This document shows positions 48,407-58,510 of a stretch of 64,000 nt of DNA, one piece after another. The notes under the pieces are model-generated. The model searched no databases, was not told the DNA's origin, and saw nothing but the letters and a program-made list of their open reading frames with translations. The stretch's first letter is position 1. Each line of letters opens with the position of its first letter. This DNA is from Candidatus Krumholzibacteriota bacterium (GTDB lineage Bacteria; Krumholzibacteriota; Krumholzibacteriia; Krumholzibacteriales; Krumholzibacteriaceae): positions 22,828 to 86,827 of the forward strand of contig JAFGEZ010000022.1 in assembly GCA_016931295.1 (NCBI GenBank). Reading direction: 5' to 3'. The position numbers were made by a program, and so were the translations under genes.

Positions 48407-48615
48407 TCTTCCCTCCCCAGTGTAAATGAAACATCGATTCGTTCACTATACCGCGGGAGAAGAGGATTATTCACCCTCTGTTTTCGTGCGCCCGGGGCCG
48501 GGGCCGCCGATGGAATATCCGCTTGACGATGCCGTGCGATTGATGCGCATACTGATGCGACGCAGTTCCGACAGTGGGATATCACCGCGATCGATCCGAC
48601 AGAAAAGGAGCCCGC

Positions 48616-49161
48616 ATGACGATGAGACGCATCCTGCCCGCGATCTGCCTTGCCGCCCTGCTCGCCTGTCTCGCGCCGGCGGCGGCGATGAGCGAGGAAG
48701 GGACCGAACGAAAGGTCGCGATCTCGATCAACCCCATCCTCGCGATGTTCACCTGGTTCACCGGCGAGGTCGAATTCGCCCTCGCCCCAACGATGACCGC
48801 CGGCCTGTCTGGCACCTACCTCGCCTTCGGCGACGAGGACGACGGCGACCAGGAAACCTACACGAACGGCACGGCCTTCGTCCGGTACTATCCCACTGCG
48901 GCCTTCAAGGGGTTCTTCTTCGGCCTGTGCGCCGGGTATTACAGCGTGACCGACCAGGAACTGGAGCTCGTCGGCGAGGACGATTCCGAGGGGGTCATGG
49001 GCGCCGGGATCGACATCGGCTACAGCTGGCTTCTCGGGAAGGACGAACGGATGTACGTGAGCATCGGCGCCGGCGCCATGCGGCTCTTCGGCGGCGATCT
49101 CGACGCCTCCGACGTGGTGCTGCCGACGATCCGCCTCATCAACGTCGGCTTCGCCTTCTGA
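48616..49161 (+). CDS. Small outer-membrane beta-barrel protein
   Basis: Start moved to ATG 48616 with AAAAGGAG upstream. Signal peptide MTMRRILPAICLAALLACLAPAAA. Alternating hydrophobic beta-strand pattern. The terminal strand ends in ...LINVGFAF. Confidence 0.7.
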   Translation: MTMRRILPAICLAALLACLAPAAAMSEEGTERKVAISINPILAMFTWFTGEVEFALAPTMTAGLSGTYLAFGDEDDGDQETYTNGTAFVRYYPTAAFKGFFFGLCAGYYSVTDQELELVGEDDSEGVMGAGIDIGYSWLLGKDERMYVSIGAGAMRLFGGDLDASDVVLPTIRLINVGFAF

Positions 49162-49186
49162 CGGGATCGGATCATGACGGATGACG

Positions 49187-49219
49187 ACGGCCGCGGAACG
49201 CCCGCCTTTCCGCGGCCGT
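49187..49219 (+). terminator. Perfect 12-bp hairpin after the OMP gene
   Basis: ACGGCCGCGGAA, 9-nt loop, TTCCGCGGCCGT, followed by TTCC. Lies 26 nt after the stop at 49161. Confidence 0.45.
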
Positions 49220-49451
49220 TTCCGTCCGGTCGTCCGTGTCGGCCCGCTCGCGCAGGGCCCCGCCGGCCCGCACTCGCGTCCCGTAACTCCCGCTCGCGCA
49301 GGGGGAATCCCCTATTTACCGGAAAATTTTACGGAAATACGCCGCGGATGCTTGACTTGGCCTCCGGCATTCCGCATCGTACACCGTTTGCAGATTCTGC
49401 TATGTGACATCGTTCGCGGTCCGTGGATGCGGAGCGGAAGGGAGACCGGAC

Positions 49452-50807
49452 ATGGAGAAGAAGGACATCCTGGTGATCGGCGGCAGCGCGGCGGGGCTCG
49501 TCGCCGCGACGACGGCGAAATCGATCCATCCCGATCGGAGCGTCCTCGTCGTCCGCAAGGACGGCAAGGTGCTCGTTCCCTGCGGTATTCCGTACGTCTT
49601 CGGGACCGTGGGGAGCACCGAGAAGAACATCATGCCCGCCGACAAGGCGTTCGACAGCGCGGGCATCGAGCAGATCGTCGGCGAGGTCCTCTCGATCGAC
49701 CGCGAAGAGAAGACGGTCACGATCGAGGGCGGCACGAAGATCGGGTACGACAAGCTCGTCATCGCGACCGGCTCGACCCCGTCGGTGCCCGGATGGCTCG
49801 AGGGAGCCGGCCTCGAGAACGTCTTCACCGTTCCGAAGAACAAGGTCTACCTCGACAAGGCGCAGGAGACGCTGAACGGCCACCGGAAGATCGTCGTCAT
49901 CGGCGGCGGTTTCATCGGCGTCGAGTTCTCCGACGAGCTCAACAAGACGGGCAAGGAGATCACGCTCGTCGAGAAGCTGACCACCATCCTCGCCCTGGCC
50001 TTCGACGAGGAGATCGCCTCCCGCGCCCAGCGGCTGCTCGTCGAGCGCGGGGTGCGCGTCGTCACCGGCACGGGCGTGACGCGGATCCTCGGCGAGAAAG
50101 CCGTCACCGGCGTGCTGCTCGAGAACGGCGAGACCCTCGAGGCGGACGCCGTCGTCCTCTCGGTGGGCTATCGGCCGAACACCGCGCTCGCCCGCGAGGC
50201 AGGCCTCCGCGTGAACGAGGGGGGCTTCATCTGCGTCGACGAGTACATGCGCACCGACGACCGCGACGTCTTCGCCGCCGGCGATTGCGCGGAGAAGCGG
50301 GATTTCACCACGAGGAAGCCCGTCCCCGTCATGCTCGCCTCCACCGCCTGCGCCGAGGCGCGGACGGCCGGCATGAACCTCTACGGGCTCTCGTCGGTCA
50401 AGACCTTCAGCGGCACGATATCGATCTTCTCCACCGGCATCGGCGACACGGGATTCGGCGCCGCGGGCCTGACCGAGGACAAGGCGCGGGAAGCGGGATT
50501 CGAGATCGTCACCGGCGTTTTCGAGGGGATGGACAAGCACCCCGGCTCGTTGCCCGGCGCCCACACGCAGATGGTCAAGCTCGTCGCCTCGCGCGACTCC
50601 GGCGTGCTCCTCGGCGGCGAGGTGATGGGGGGCGTCAGCGCCGGCGAGATCACCAACATCATCGGGTTCCTGATCCAGGGGCGCACGACGCTCAACTCGA
50701 TCATGACCGCTCAGATCGGCACGCACCCGCTGTTGACCGCGTCCCCCGCGGCCTACCCGCTGGTGAAGGCCGCCGCCGCGGCCGTCCGGAAGATGCTCGA
50801 GCGCTGA
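49452..50807 (+). CDS. Pyridine-nucleotide-disulfide oxidoreductase of the CoA-disulfide reductase / NADH oxidase / NAD(P)H sulfur oxidoreductase (NSR) type
   Basis: Start moved to ATG 49452. Contains DILVIGGSAAGLVAA (FAD), a single redox Cys in KVLVPCGIPYVFG, IVVIGGGFIGVEFSDEL (NAD(P)H) and VFAAGDCAE. There is no C-terminal rhodanese domain. Confidence 0.8.
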   Translation: MEKKDILVIGGSAAGLVAATTAKSIHPDRSVLVVRKDGKVLVPCGIPYVFGTVGSTEKNIMPADKAFDSAGIEQIVGEVLSIDREEKTVTIEGGTKIGYDKLVIATGSTPSVPGWLEGAGLENVFTVPKNKVYLDKAQETLNGHRKIVVIGGGFIGVEFSDELNKTGKEITLVEKLTTILALAFDEEIASRAQRLLVERGVRVVTGTGVTRILGEKAVTGVLLENGETLEADAVVLSVGYRPNTALAREAGLRVNEGGFICVDEYMRTDDRDVFAAGDCAEKRDFTTRKPVPVMLASTACAEARTAGMNLYGLSSVKTFSGTISIFSTGIGDTGFGAAGLTEDKAREAGFEIVTGVFEGMDKHPGSLPGAHTQMVKLVASRDSGVLLGGEVMGGVSAGEITNIIGFLIQGRTTLNSIMTAQIGTHPLLTASPAAYPLVKAAAAAVRKMLER

Positions 50808-50864
50808 CGGCGGCCGGCACGCGATCCTTGCCTCGCGCGGGCGCGGTGTGCCATCATCGCGTCC

Positions 50865-52397
50865 GTGGAGGCATCCATGTCGGGAATCGCGGCCATCTGT
50901 CTTTTCGTCTCGCTCGCGGCGCCGGGGTGGCCGGCGCCGGCGGCCGACGCCCCCGGCCTCTTCGATCCAGGGCGCGCCTGGACCTGGGAGGAACTCGATT
51001 CGAGCCTCGCCGGCGCCGGGGCCCGCAAGCATCTCGCCATCCTCCGCGAGGACGTCACGCTCGTCGAGGCGCGGTTCCTTCTAGGACAGCTCGCGGCGCT
51101 CGACGGGGCCGACGCCCTGCGCCGCCTCGCCGCGTACCAGGAAGAGCAGGACGCGCGGGGCGGGTCCTTCCACGGGATCCTGCCCCCCTTTCCCGTCGAT
51201 CCCGACAGCATCCCGTCGATCGGGGATCTCGACTCGTTCGTCGAGGCGGCGCTCTTTCTCGCCGAGATACGGGATCGCAATCGCCGCGCCATCGAAAAAT
51301 CGACGGGCTACCCGCTCGCTTTCCGGGGGGATTCACTCGTCATCCCCTATCTCAACCGCGCGCCGGAGGGATTCGATCTCTCGATCGACACCGCGGCGAT
51401 CCGCGCGCTGCTCGCCCTCTTCGACCGGGGAGGGGCGACGGCGGACGAGGCCGGAAAGGCGGCCCGGCACCCGGTCCTGCGGGAGATGCTCCGGCACCGC
51501 CGCGATCTCGGCTACGTGCCGCCGCCGCTGCCAGACGAGGAGGATCTCGCGCGCTTCATTTTCCTCGCGGCGAGCGCCGAGCCGATCGACATGATCTGGA
51601 AATGGATCAATCCCTGCAATCTCTTCTGCATGGCCGATCTCGCCCTGAACAGCCGCGTCTACGGTGATATCCTCGGACGCCTCGAGCGGCACCGGGCCGG
51701 GTTCTCGGACGACGTGATGGGGCGGATCGCGCAGTTCGCGCCGGCGGGGATCGAACTCAGCGAAACAATCGGCTTCGGCGTCAATTTCGGCGTCAGAAGC
51801 TGGGCGACGTCCACCGGGCTCGGCACGAACGTCGTCCAGTTCAAGGACGACTACGAGGCGCTCCGCCGCACCGCCACGCACGAGATCTACCATCGCCTGC
51901 AGCTCAGGCTCTGTCCGGTGCACCACTCCCGTCTCGGCCAGTCTCCGCGCCGGTTCGAGGACCTCGTCGCCTGGCCGTTTCCCGACGATCGCGACAGGAA
52001 GCTGTACGAGGCGCTCGCATGCGTCTTCCTCGAGGGAACGGCCACCTACGTCGGGGGCTCGGGCGACGCGCCTTTTTCGCCCGACGAGGCGCGGGCGGGG
52101 GGCGAACTGCTCGCGCTGGTCATCGACGAGCTCTACGCGCGCGGCGATCCCGGCATCGATTCCCTCCTCGCCGCGGGGCTGCGCTCGAACGGCCCCTTCT
52201 ACGCCCTCGGGTACCAACTGAGCGAGCAGATCGCCGAGGCGGGGGGGAACGGGGCGATCGGCGCGCTCCTCGATGCGGGCGCGCCCGCCTTCTTCACCGC
52301 CTGTCTCCGCGACGGCAGTGCGATCCCCGGCCTCGACGGAAAGCATGAAGCGACCCTCCGGGAGGCCCTCGGGCGGATGATCGCCGGGATGCGGTGA
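50865..52397 (+). CDS. Secreted hypothetical protein with HExxH motif (putative zinc peptidase-like)
   Basis: Track ORF of 510 aa. N-terminal hydrophobic signal (IAAICLFVSLAAPGWPAPAADA). HEIYH motif in RRTATHEIYHRLQ. Family is uncertain. Confidence 0.65.
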   Translation: MEASMSGIAAICLFVSLAAPGWPAPAADAPGLFDPGRAWTWEELDSSLAGAGARKHLAILREDVTLVEARFLLGQLAALDGADALRRLAAYQEEQDARGGSFHGILPPFPVDPDSIPSIGDLDSFVEAALFLAEIRDRNRRAIEKSTGYPLAFRGDSLVIPYLNRAPEGFDLSIDTAAIRALLALFDRGGATADEAGKAARHPVLREMLRHRRDLGYVPPPLPDEEDLARFIFLAASAEPIDMIWKWINPCNLFCMADLALNSRVYGDILGRLERHRAGFSDDVMGRIAQFAPAGIELSETIGFGVNFGVRSWATSTGLGTNVVQFKDDYEALRRTATHEIYHRLQLRLCPVHHSRLGQSPRRFEDLVAWPFPDDRDRKLYEALACVFLEGTATYVGGSGDAPFSPDEARAGGELLALVIDELYARGDPGIDSLLAAGLRSNGPFYALGYQLSEQIAEAGGNGAIGALLDAGAPAFFTACLRDGSAIPGLDGKHEATLREALGRMIAGMR

Positions 52398-52413
52398 CCG
52401 CCGCCCGCCCGGT

Positions 52414-55400
52414 CTACGACGCCGCGCACGCCGCCGAGCCCCCCGTTCCGTACCGATAAAACAAAACCGGGATGACGATCATGTTGAGGAAGGTGGCCGT
52501 GACGAGGCCGCCGAGGATGACGATCGACATGGGCGCCTGGATCTCGTTTCCCGGCTCTCCCGCGGCGAGGGCCATCGGCAGGAGCGCGAGCCCGGTGGTG
52601 AGGGCGGTCATGAGGATCGGGCTGAGACGCTCGATCGATCCCCGCATGACCGCATCGCGGCGGGAAAGCCCCTCGACGGCCATGAGATGGTTGTAGTGCG
52701 ATACCATCATGATCCCGTTCCGCACGGAGATGCCGAACAGCGTGATGAATCCGACGAGGGCCGCGATGGTGAGCACCCCTCCCGTCAGGTAGACGGCGAG
52801 GACCCCCCCGATGAGGGCGAGGGGGAGGTTGACGAGAACGAGCAGGGTGTCGCGGGCGTTGCCGAATTCGAGGAAGAGGGCGACGACGATCAAAAGCAGC
52901 GACAGGAGACTGAGCAGCCCGATGATCCTCGACGCCGATTCGGCGCTCTGGAACCGGCCGCCGTACTGGATGAAGTATCCCTCGGGCAGGTCGATCGCGG
53001 CGGCGATGCCCGTCTTGATCTCGTCGACGACGCCTCCCACGTCGCGGCCCCCCGCGTTCGCCTGGACGACGATCTTCCGCTGCACGTTCTCGCGACTCAC
53101 GTAGTTCGGCCCCCGATCGACGCGGATGTCGGCGACCATGTCGAGCGGCACCACGGCGCCCGACGGCGTGTCGACGAGGCTCGAGCGGATCGCCTCGAGA
53201 TCGTCGCGGAAGGCCTCGTCGTAGCGGACGACGAGGGCGTGCCGGTTCTGCCCGTCGTAGACCTCCGACACCTTCGCCCCGAGAAAGGCGACGTCGATGA
53301 TCCGGTCGATGTCCCTCATCGTCAGGCCGTAGACGGCCATCATGCGGCGGTTTGGCCTGATGCGCACCTGCGGGATCTCGACCTGCTGGTCCACCGACAG
53401 GTCGGTCACGCCGTCGATTCCGCCCATCACCTTCTCCACGGCCGAGGAGATCGACCGCAGCGCGGAGAGGTCGGGCCCGAAGATCTTCACGGCGATGTTC
53501 GCGCGCGTGCCGGAGAGCATGTGGTCGATGCGGTGGCCGATCGGCTGGCCGATGATGAAGACCGTGCCCGGAAGCAAGGTCAGGCGATCCCGGATCTCCT
53601 CGAAGAGCGCGTTTTTCTCCGAGGTCTCGTCGTAGACGACCTCCAGTTCGTGCGCGTGGGAGCCGAGCGAATGTTCGTCGTGCTCGGTGCGCCCCGTTCT
53701 CCGCGCGACCGACCGGATGGAGGGGAGATCGAGGAGGAGGCGTTCGGCCATCGCGCCGATGCGACCGGACTCCTCGAGAGAGGTGCCGGGCAGCGTGGCG
53801 ACGCTGATGTTGAGCGTCCCCTCGCTGAATTCGGGAAGAAAGGAGCGGCCGAGCATCGAGAACATCACGACGGTCAGTATCACGAGCAGGGAGGCGACCG
53901 TCATGATCGGTCCCCCGTGGCGGGTGCTCCACCCGAGGACGGGTCGGTAAACCGCCTCGAGCGCGCGAACGACGGGGCTCTCCTTCGCCTCGCGCCGTTT
54001 GCCGTTCTTCAAAAGGATCGCGCTCATCGCGGGGGAGACGGTGACCGCCACGAGGAGGGAGGCGAAGACGGAGACGACGTAGGCGATGCCGAGGGGCTTG
54101 AGCATCCGGCCCTCGACGCCGTCGAGGAAGAAGAGGGGAATGAAGACGACGATGATGATGAAGGTGGCGTTGACGATCGGCGCCCTGATCTCCGCGGACG
54201 CCGCCGTGATCACCTCGCAGAAAAGCCGGCGCTCGCCCGGTTCGCGGCCGGCGTTCTGCCTGACCCGGCGGAAGACGTTCTCGACGTAGATGATGGCGTC
54301 GTCGACGAGCACGCCGATGGCGATCGCCATGCCGCCGAGCGTCATCGTATTGATCGACTGGCCCAGCATCTTCAGAATCAGCACGGCGATGACGAGGGAG
54401 AGGGGGATCGCGACGGCCGAGATCACCGTGGTCCGGGCGTTGGCGAGGAAGACCAGGAGCACGATCACCACGAGGACCGCGCCGTCGCGCAGGGCGCGCA
54501 TGACGTTGTTCACCGCGCGCTGGATGAAATCCGACTGCCGGAAGATCTCCGCGTGCAGGCGGACGTCCTCCGGGAGGGCGGCGCCGATCTCGCCGAGGGC
54601 GGCGTCGATGCGCCCGGTCAATTCGAGTGTGTTCGCGTCGGGTTGCTTGCCGATCACGAAAAGGACGCCCTCCTTGCGGTTGATCGAGGCCTCGCCGAGG
54701 CGCGTCGCCGCGCCCGTCTCGATGCGAGCGAGATCCCGGAGCAGGATCGGCGCGTGTTCCCGCACCGATACGACCGTCTCCCCGAGCTCCCCCGCGTCGC
54801 GGATGCGTCCCAGTCCCCTGATCATGTACTCGCGTCCCGAGTGGACGAAGAAGCCGCCGCTTGCGTTGAGGTTCGCGCCGCCCGCCGCGTCGAGGAGATC
54901 GCCGAGACCGATTCCGTGCGTGCGGAGTCGTCCGGGATCGACGAGGACCTGGTACTGCTTCACCTCGCCGCCGTACACCTTGACGCTCGATACGCCGGGC
55001 ACGGCGAGCAGCCGCGTGCGGATCGTGTAATCGGCGAGCGTGCGGAGATCCATCAGCGAGGTCGTGTCGGCGGTGAGGCCGACGGCCATGATCTCTCCCA
55101 TGATCGACGAGACCGGGGCGAGGATCGGTTGCCCGGCCTCCTCCGGCAACGAGGCGAGCGCGGTCTGGATCTTCTCGTTGACGATCTGGCGCGCCTTGTA
55201 GATGTCCGTTCCCCAGTCGAATTCCACGTGGACGGTGGAGAAGCCCTGCATCGACGTCGACCGGACGCGCCTGACCCCCGAGGAGCCGTTGACGGCCGTC
55301 TCGATCGGGAACGTGACGAGCATCTCGACCTCCTCCGGGGCCATCCCGTGCGCCTCGGTCAGCACGGTGACCGTCGGGGCGGTGAGATCGGGAAAGACGT

Positions 55401-55509
55401 CGATCGGCATGTCCAGGGCGACCAGGACGCCCACGGCCAAAAGGACCGCGGCGGCGAGCAGTACGACGGCCCGGTTGTCCAGGCTCAGCTGCATGAGGTG
55501 GTCGAGCAT
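52414..55509 (-). CDS. CusA/CzcA-family heavy-metal efflux RND permease
   Basis: Track ORF of 1031 aa. Contains MLDHLMQLSLDNRAVVLLAAAVLL..., GGMAIAIGVLVDDAIIYVEN, GFITLFGISVRNGIMMV and RLSPILMTALTTGLALLPMA. Confidence 0.9.
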   Translation of the reverse strand: MLDHLMQLSLDNRAVVLLAAAVLLAVGVLVALDMPIDVFPDLTAPTVTVLTEAHGMAPEEVEMLVTFPIETAVNGSSGVRRVRSTSMQGFSTVHVEFDWGTDIYKARQIVNEKIQTALASLPEEAGQPILAPVSSIMGEIMAVGLTADTTSLMDLRTLADYTIRTRLLAVPGVSSVKVYGGEVKQYQVLVDPGRLRTHGIGLGDLLDAAGGANLNASGGFFVHSGREYMIRGLGRIRDAGELGETVVSVREHAPILLRDLARIETGAATRLGEASINRKEGVLFVIGKQPDANTLELTGRIDAALGEIGAALPEDVRLHAEIFRQSDFIQRAVNNVMRALRDGAVLVVIVLLVFLANARTTVISAVAIPLSLVIAVLILKMLGQSINTMTLGGMAIAIGVLVDDAIIYVENVFRRVRQNAGREPGERRLFCEVITAASAEIRAPIVNATFIIIVVFIPLFFLDGVEGRMLKPLGIAYVVSVFASLLVAVTVSPAMSAILLKNGKRREAKESPVVRALEAVYRPVLGWSTRHGGPIMTVASLLVILTVVMFSMLGRSFLPEFSEGTLNISVATLPGTSLEESGRIGAMAERLLLDLPSIRSVARRTGRTEHDEHSLGSHAHELEVVYDETSEKNALFEEIRDRLTLLPGTVFIIGQPIGHRIDHMLSGTRANIAVKIFGPDLSALRSISSAVEKVMGGIDGVTDLSVDQQVEIPQVRIRPNRRMMAVYGLTMRDIDRIIDVAFLGAKVSEVYDGQNRHALVVRYDEAFRDDLEAIRSSLVDTPSGAVVPLDMVADIRVDRGPNYVSRENVQRKIVVQANAGGRDVGGVVDEIKTGIAAAIDLPEGYFIQYGGRFQSAESASRIIGLLSLLSLLLIVVALFLEFGNARDTLLVLVNLPLALIGGVLAVYLTGGVLTIAALVGFITLFGISVRNGIMMVSHYNHLMAVEGLSRRDAVMRGSIERLSPILMTALTTGLALLPMALAAGEPGNEIQAPMSIVILGGLVTATFLNMIVIPVLFYRYGTGGSAACAAS

Positions 55510-55540
55510 CGGTCGTCTCTTTCTTTGGTGACGGGCCCCG

Positions 55541-57130
55541 TCAATGGGCGTGCGGGTCCCCGACAGTTTCCTGCGTCGCCGCGAGCTTGACGCCGTATGC
55601 GCCCTTCACGACGATGCGTTCGCCTTCCTCGACGTTTCCGGAGACGGCGACGAGGCCGTTCCATCGCGCGCCGGTTTGGACGGCCCGTTTCTCGAAAACT
55701 TCGCCGCCGGTCTGCACGAAGACGTACGTTCCGTAATCCTCGTCGATGATCGCCGCCTCGGGCACGGCGATCGACGAGGCGGCGGCCGCCGTGAATATAT
55801 CGATGCAGACGATCTGGCCGATCTTGAGGACTCCGCCGGGATTGGCCGTCTCGAAGACGACGGGGATCGTCCGGCTCGCCGCGTCGAAGATGTCGCCGCG
55901 GCTGACGAGCCTGAAATCATCGCCCTCCACGAGGAGCGTTCGATCGAGTCCCGGCACGGCGATCGTCGCCCCCCGCGGCTCGTCGATGCGGTAGTAATCC
56001 CGCTCGAAGAGGTCGACCCGGAGCCGGACCGACGAGGGATCGACGACGGTCGCGAGTTTCCGGCCGGCCGAGACGGCCTGGCCGGGCAGGACTTCGACGG
56101 AAGCGACGACGCCGCCGATCGGAGCCTTGATCACGAGATGGATCTCTTTCGTTCCCTCCGCCTCGACGGGAACGACGAACCCTCCCTGGAGGATCGATTC
56201 GTAGCCGGCCTTTTTCACGAGCCATGCCTCGCGGATCGCCTCGTAGTCGCGGGCCGCGATCGCGTCGCGTTCGCGGAGACGCCCGGCGCGGTCGAATTCC
56301 TCTTTCGCGCGCCGGTAGCCGAGGTGCATCCCGGCCCACGTCCCGTCGCCGGCCGGGGGCGGGCAGACGATCATGACCGGATCCCCCTCGGCGACGCGCA
56401 TGCCGGGCGACGCCATGCCGCGGTTGTGGGCGACGGAGAGCAGCCCATCGACCGGCGAGACGATCTCGGCGTATCCGTTCATCCGGGGGGTCACCTCCGC
56501 GACGGCGGGGATCGTCGTTTGCATCTCGACGCGGCGGACCGGTTCGACGCCGAACCCGGCGTTCCACTGCTGTTCCTTGAGAAAGACGATCTGTTCGCCG
56601 GCCGGCTCGTGGGCCGGGTTATCCCCGTGGGCGTCGTGATCCTCCTCGATGTCCGGTTTCTCTGCGTCGCCCGGGCCTGATTCTGTTTCGTGGCGCTCGT
56701 CGCCGCCGAACCGGACGCGGCCAGCGTCGAAGCGTTCCACGCGGCCGCGCACGGCGATGTCGACGGCCAGGTCGTACTCGCCCGGCCCGAGATCGGGCAG
56801 CGAAACCTCCCAGATCCCCGCACGAACCGGCGCGGGCGTGCTCGCCGTCGCGACGGAACCCGACTCTCCGGCGAACCGGACGGTCACCGCGCCCTCGCGG
56901 AGCGGCGTGAAATCCGGGAGTCGCGTCAAGAGGACGGAGACGGTCGTTCCGCGGTCCGGCGCCGGTTTCCCGCATTCGACGAAGACCTCGAGCGAATCGC
57001 TCCAGATCGTCGACGAGACGCCGCCTTCGTGGTCGTCGTGCGCAACCGGGGAGTCGGCGGGCCGTTCACCGCCGCAGGACGCGAGCAGGATCGCGGCGAG
57101 GAGCGCGCAGAGGCCGATTGGTTTCTTCAT
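55541..57130 (-). CDS. RND adaptor (CusB/CzcB-like membrane fusion protein) lipoprotein with about 190-aa N-terminal extension and His/Asp-rich linker
   Basis: Track ORF of 529 aa. Lipobox LLASCGG. His/Asp-rich stretches AHDDHEGG and EEDHDAHGDNPAHE. MFP core: IVSPVDGLL...IKAPIGGVVASVEVLPGQAV. Confidence 0.85.
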   Translation of the reverse strand: MKKPIGLCALLAAILLASCGGERPADSPVAHDDHEGGVSSTIWSDSLEVFVECGKPAPDRGTTVSVLLTRLPDFTPLREGAVTVRFAGESGSVATASTPAPVRAGIWEVSLPDLGPGEYDLAVDIAVRGRVERFDAGRVRFGGDERHETESGPGDAEKPDIEEDHDAHGDNPAHEPAGEQIVFLKEQQWNAGFGVEPVRRVEMQTTIPAVAEVTPRMNGYAEIVSPVDGLLSVAHNRGMASPGMRVAEGDPVMIVCPPPAGDGTWAGMHLGYRRAKEEFDRAGRLRERDAIAARDYEAIREAWLVKKAGYESILQGGFVVPVEAEGTKEIHLVIKAPIGGVVASVEVLPGQAVSAGRKLATVVDPSSVRLRVDLFERDYYRIDEPRGATIAVPGLDRTLLVEGDDFRLVSRGDIFDAASRTIPVVFETANPGGVLKIGQIVCIDIFTAAAASSIAVPEAAIIDEDYGTYVFVQTGGEVFEKRAVQTGARWNGLVAVSGNVEEGERIVVKGAYGVKLAATQETVGDPHAH

Positions 57131-58389
57131 CGTTCCTTCCCTTCGCGTTCCGGCGAGACGGAGCGCACCAGCTCGCGCTCGGTCAGCGCCTCGAGTTCGA
57201 AGACGATTTCGTAGAATTCACCGAGGAGCCCGAAAAAGTCGGCGACGCCGCCGGCGCATATCTCGATCCCCTCGAAGAAGCCGGCCAGGGACAGCCAGCC
57301 CTCGATGTAGGATGCGGCGAGATTCTCGATCTGGACGTCGATATCCTCGACGATCCCGGCATGCCGGTCGAGGAGCGCGGCCTTCCCCGCGGCAGTCTCG
57401 ACGAGAAGGGCCACGCGCCGATCGCGCCCGGCGCGGTAGAGGTCGAGTCGCAGCCGGGCCGTCTCGAACGCGGCCCGCCGCTCGTTCACCGCGCCGGTGT
57501 TCCTGCCGAGGAAGGGGAGGGGCGCCGAGAGCCCGACGACGAATCCGTCCCGGTCGTCCCCCGCGTTCCGGTATCCGCCCGAGAGGGTGACGGCGGGCAG
57601 GATCCCGCCTCGTTCCGATCGCACGTCCATCCCGGCCGCCTCGACGAGCAGCTGCCGCCGCGCGAAATCAGCGGTGGCGTCCAGGCCGGACGCCCCTGAG
57701 AGATCCACCTCCCGGAAACCGCCCCAGACGGACTCCCCCGCTTCCAGCGTCACCTCGGCGCCCGCGGGGATCCCCATATCCGTCTTCCAGCGGGCCAGGA
57801 GGCTTCGGCGCTCGTCGCGGATCTCCAGGATCGAGCGGCGGACGCCGAGGAGCGACAGATCGACGAGACGGCGTTCGACGCCGGACAGCGCACCTTCGCT
57901 TTCCCGCGATCCGGCGACGCGCGACACGCGCTCCAGCAGCGTCTCGAATCGCTCGAGGCGGGCCGATTCCGCATCGCGTATCGCGAGGGCGACGAAGCCG
58001 AACCGGAGTTCCGAGACGAGGCGACGCGTGTCGGCGGAGCGCCCGCGGCGGGCCGCCTCGAGCCTGCGTTCCCATGCGGCGCGGTGGGGCGCTCCCGCCC
58101 ACGGCAACGTGAATTCCTTCGCGAGCGCGATGGTGTATTCCCGGTCGGAGAGCGGGCCGGTCCCGGTCTTCTCGAGTTCCCACGAGAGTTCGGGGTTCGA
58201 CCACGTGAGGGAGGCGTCGCGCCGCGCCTCGACGAGGTCGACGTTTCGCCGCAGGATGCGGGCGTGGGGGCTGTGATCGAGCGCGTACGCGCCGATCCCG
58301 TCGAAACGGAGGCGCACGTCGGCGTCCGCCGCCGCGCAGCGTGGACCGGCGGCGATGAGACAGCAGCAGAGAATCGTCTTCCGGAGCAT
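57127..58389 (-). CDS. TolC/CusC-like outer-membrane efflux protein
   Basis: Last 420 aa of track ORF 57127..58620, starting at ATG 58389. N-terminal signal MLRKTILCCCLIAAGPRCAAA. Two repeated coiled-coil/beta segments. ATGA overlap with the adaptor start. Confidence 0.75.
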   Translation of the reverse strand: MLRKTILCCCLIAAGPRCAAADADVRLRFDGIGAYALDHSPHARILRRNVDLVEARRDASLTWSNPELSWELEKTGTGPLSDREYTIALAKEFTLPWAGAPHRAAWERRLEAARRGRSADTRRLVSELRFGFVALAIRDAESARLERFETLLERVSRVAGSRESEGALSGVERRLVDLSLLGVRRSILEIRDERRSLLARWKTDMGIPAGAEVTLEAGESVWGGFREVDLSGASGLDATADFARRQLLVEAAGMDVRSERGGILPAVTLSGGYRNAGDDRDGFVVGLSAPLPFLGRNTGAVNERRAAFETARLRLDLYRAGRDRRVALLVETAAGKAALLDRHAGIVEDIDVQIENLAASYIEGWLSLAGFFEGIEICAGGVADFFGLLGEFYEIVFELEALTERELVRSVSPEREGKER

Positions 58390-58510
58390 GTCTTCTCCAG
58401 TCGCCCGGCGCCCGCCTGTCCGCCTTTCCCGCACGGGGCGGGAACGGACTCGCGGCGGGTTCTTCCGGGTCAATGGTGTTCGATCGATGACGGTGAACGG
58501 AAACGGGAAT

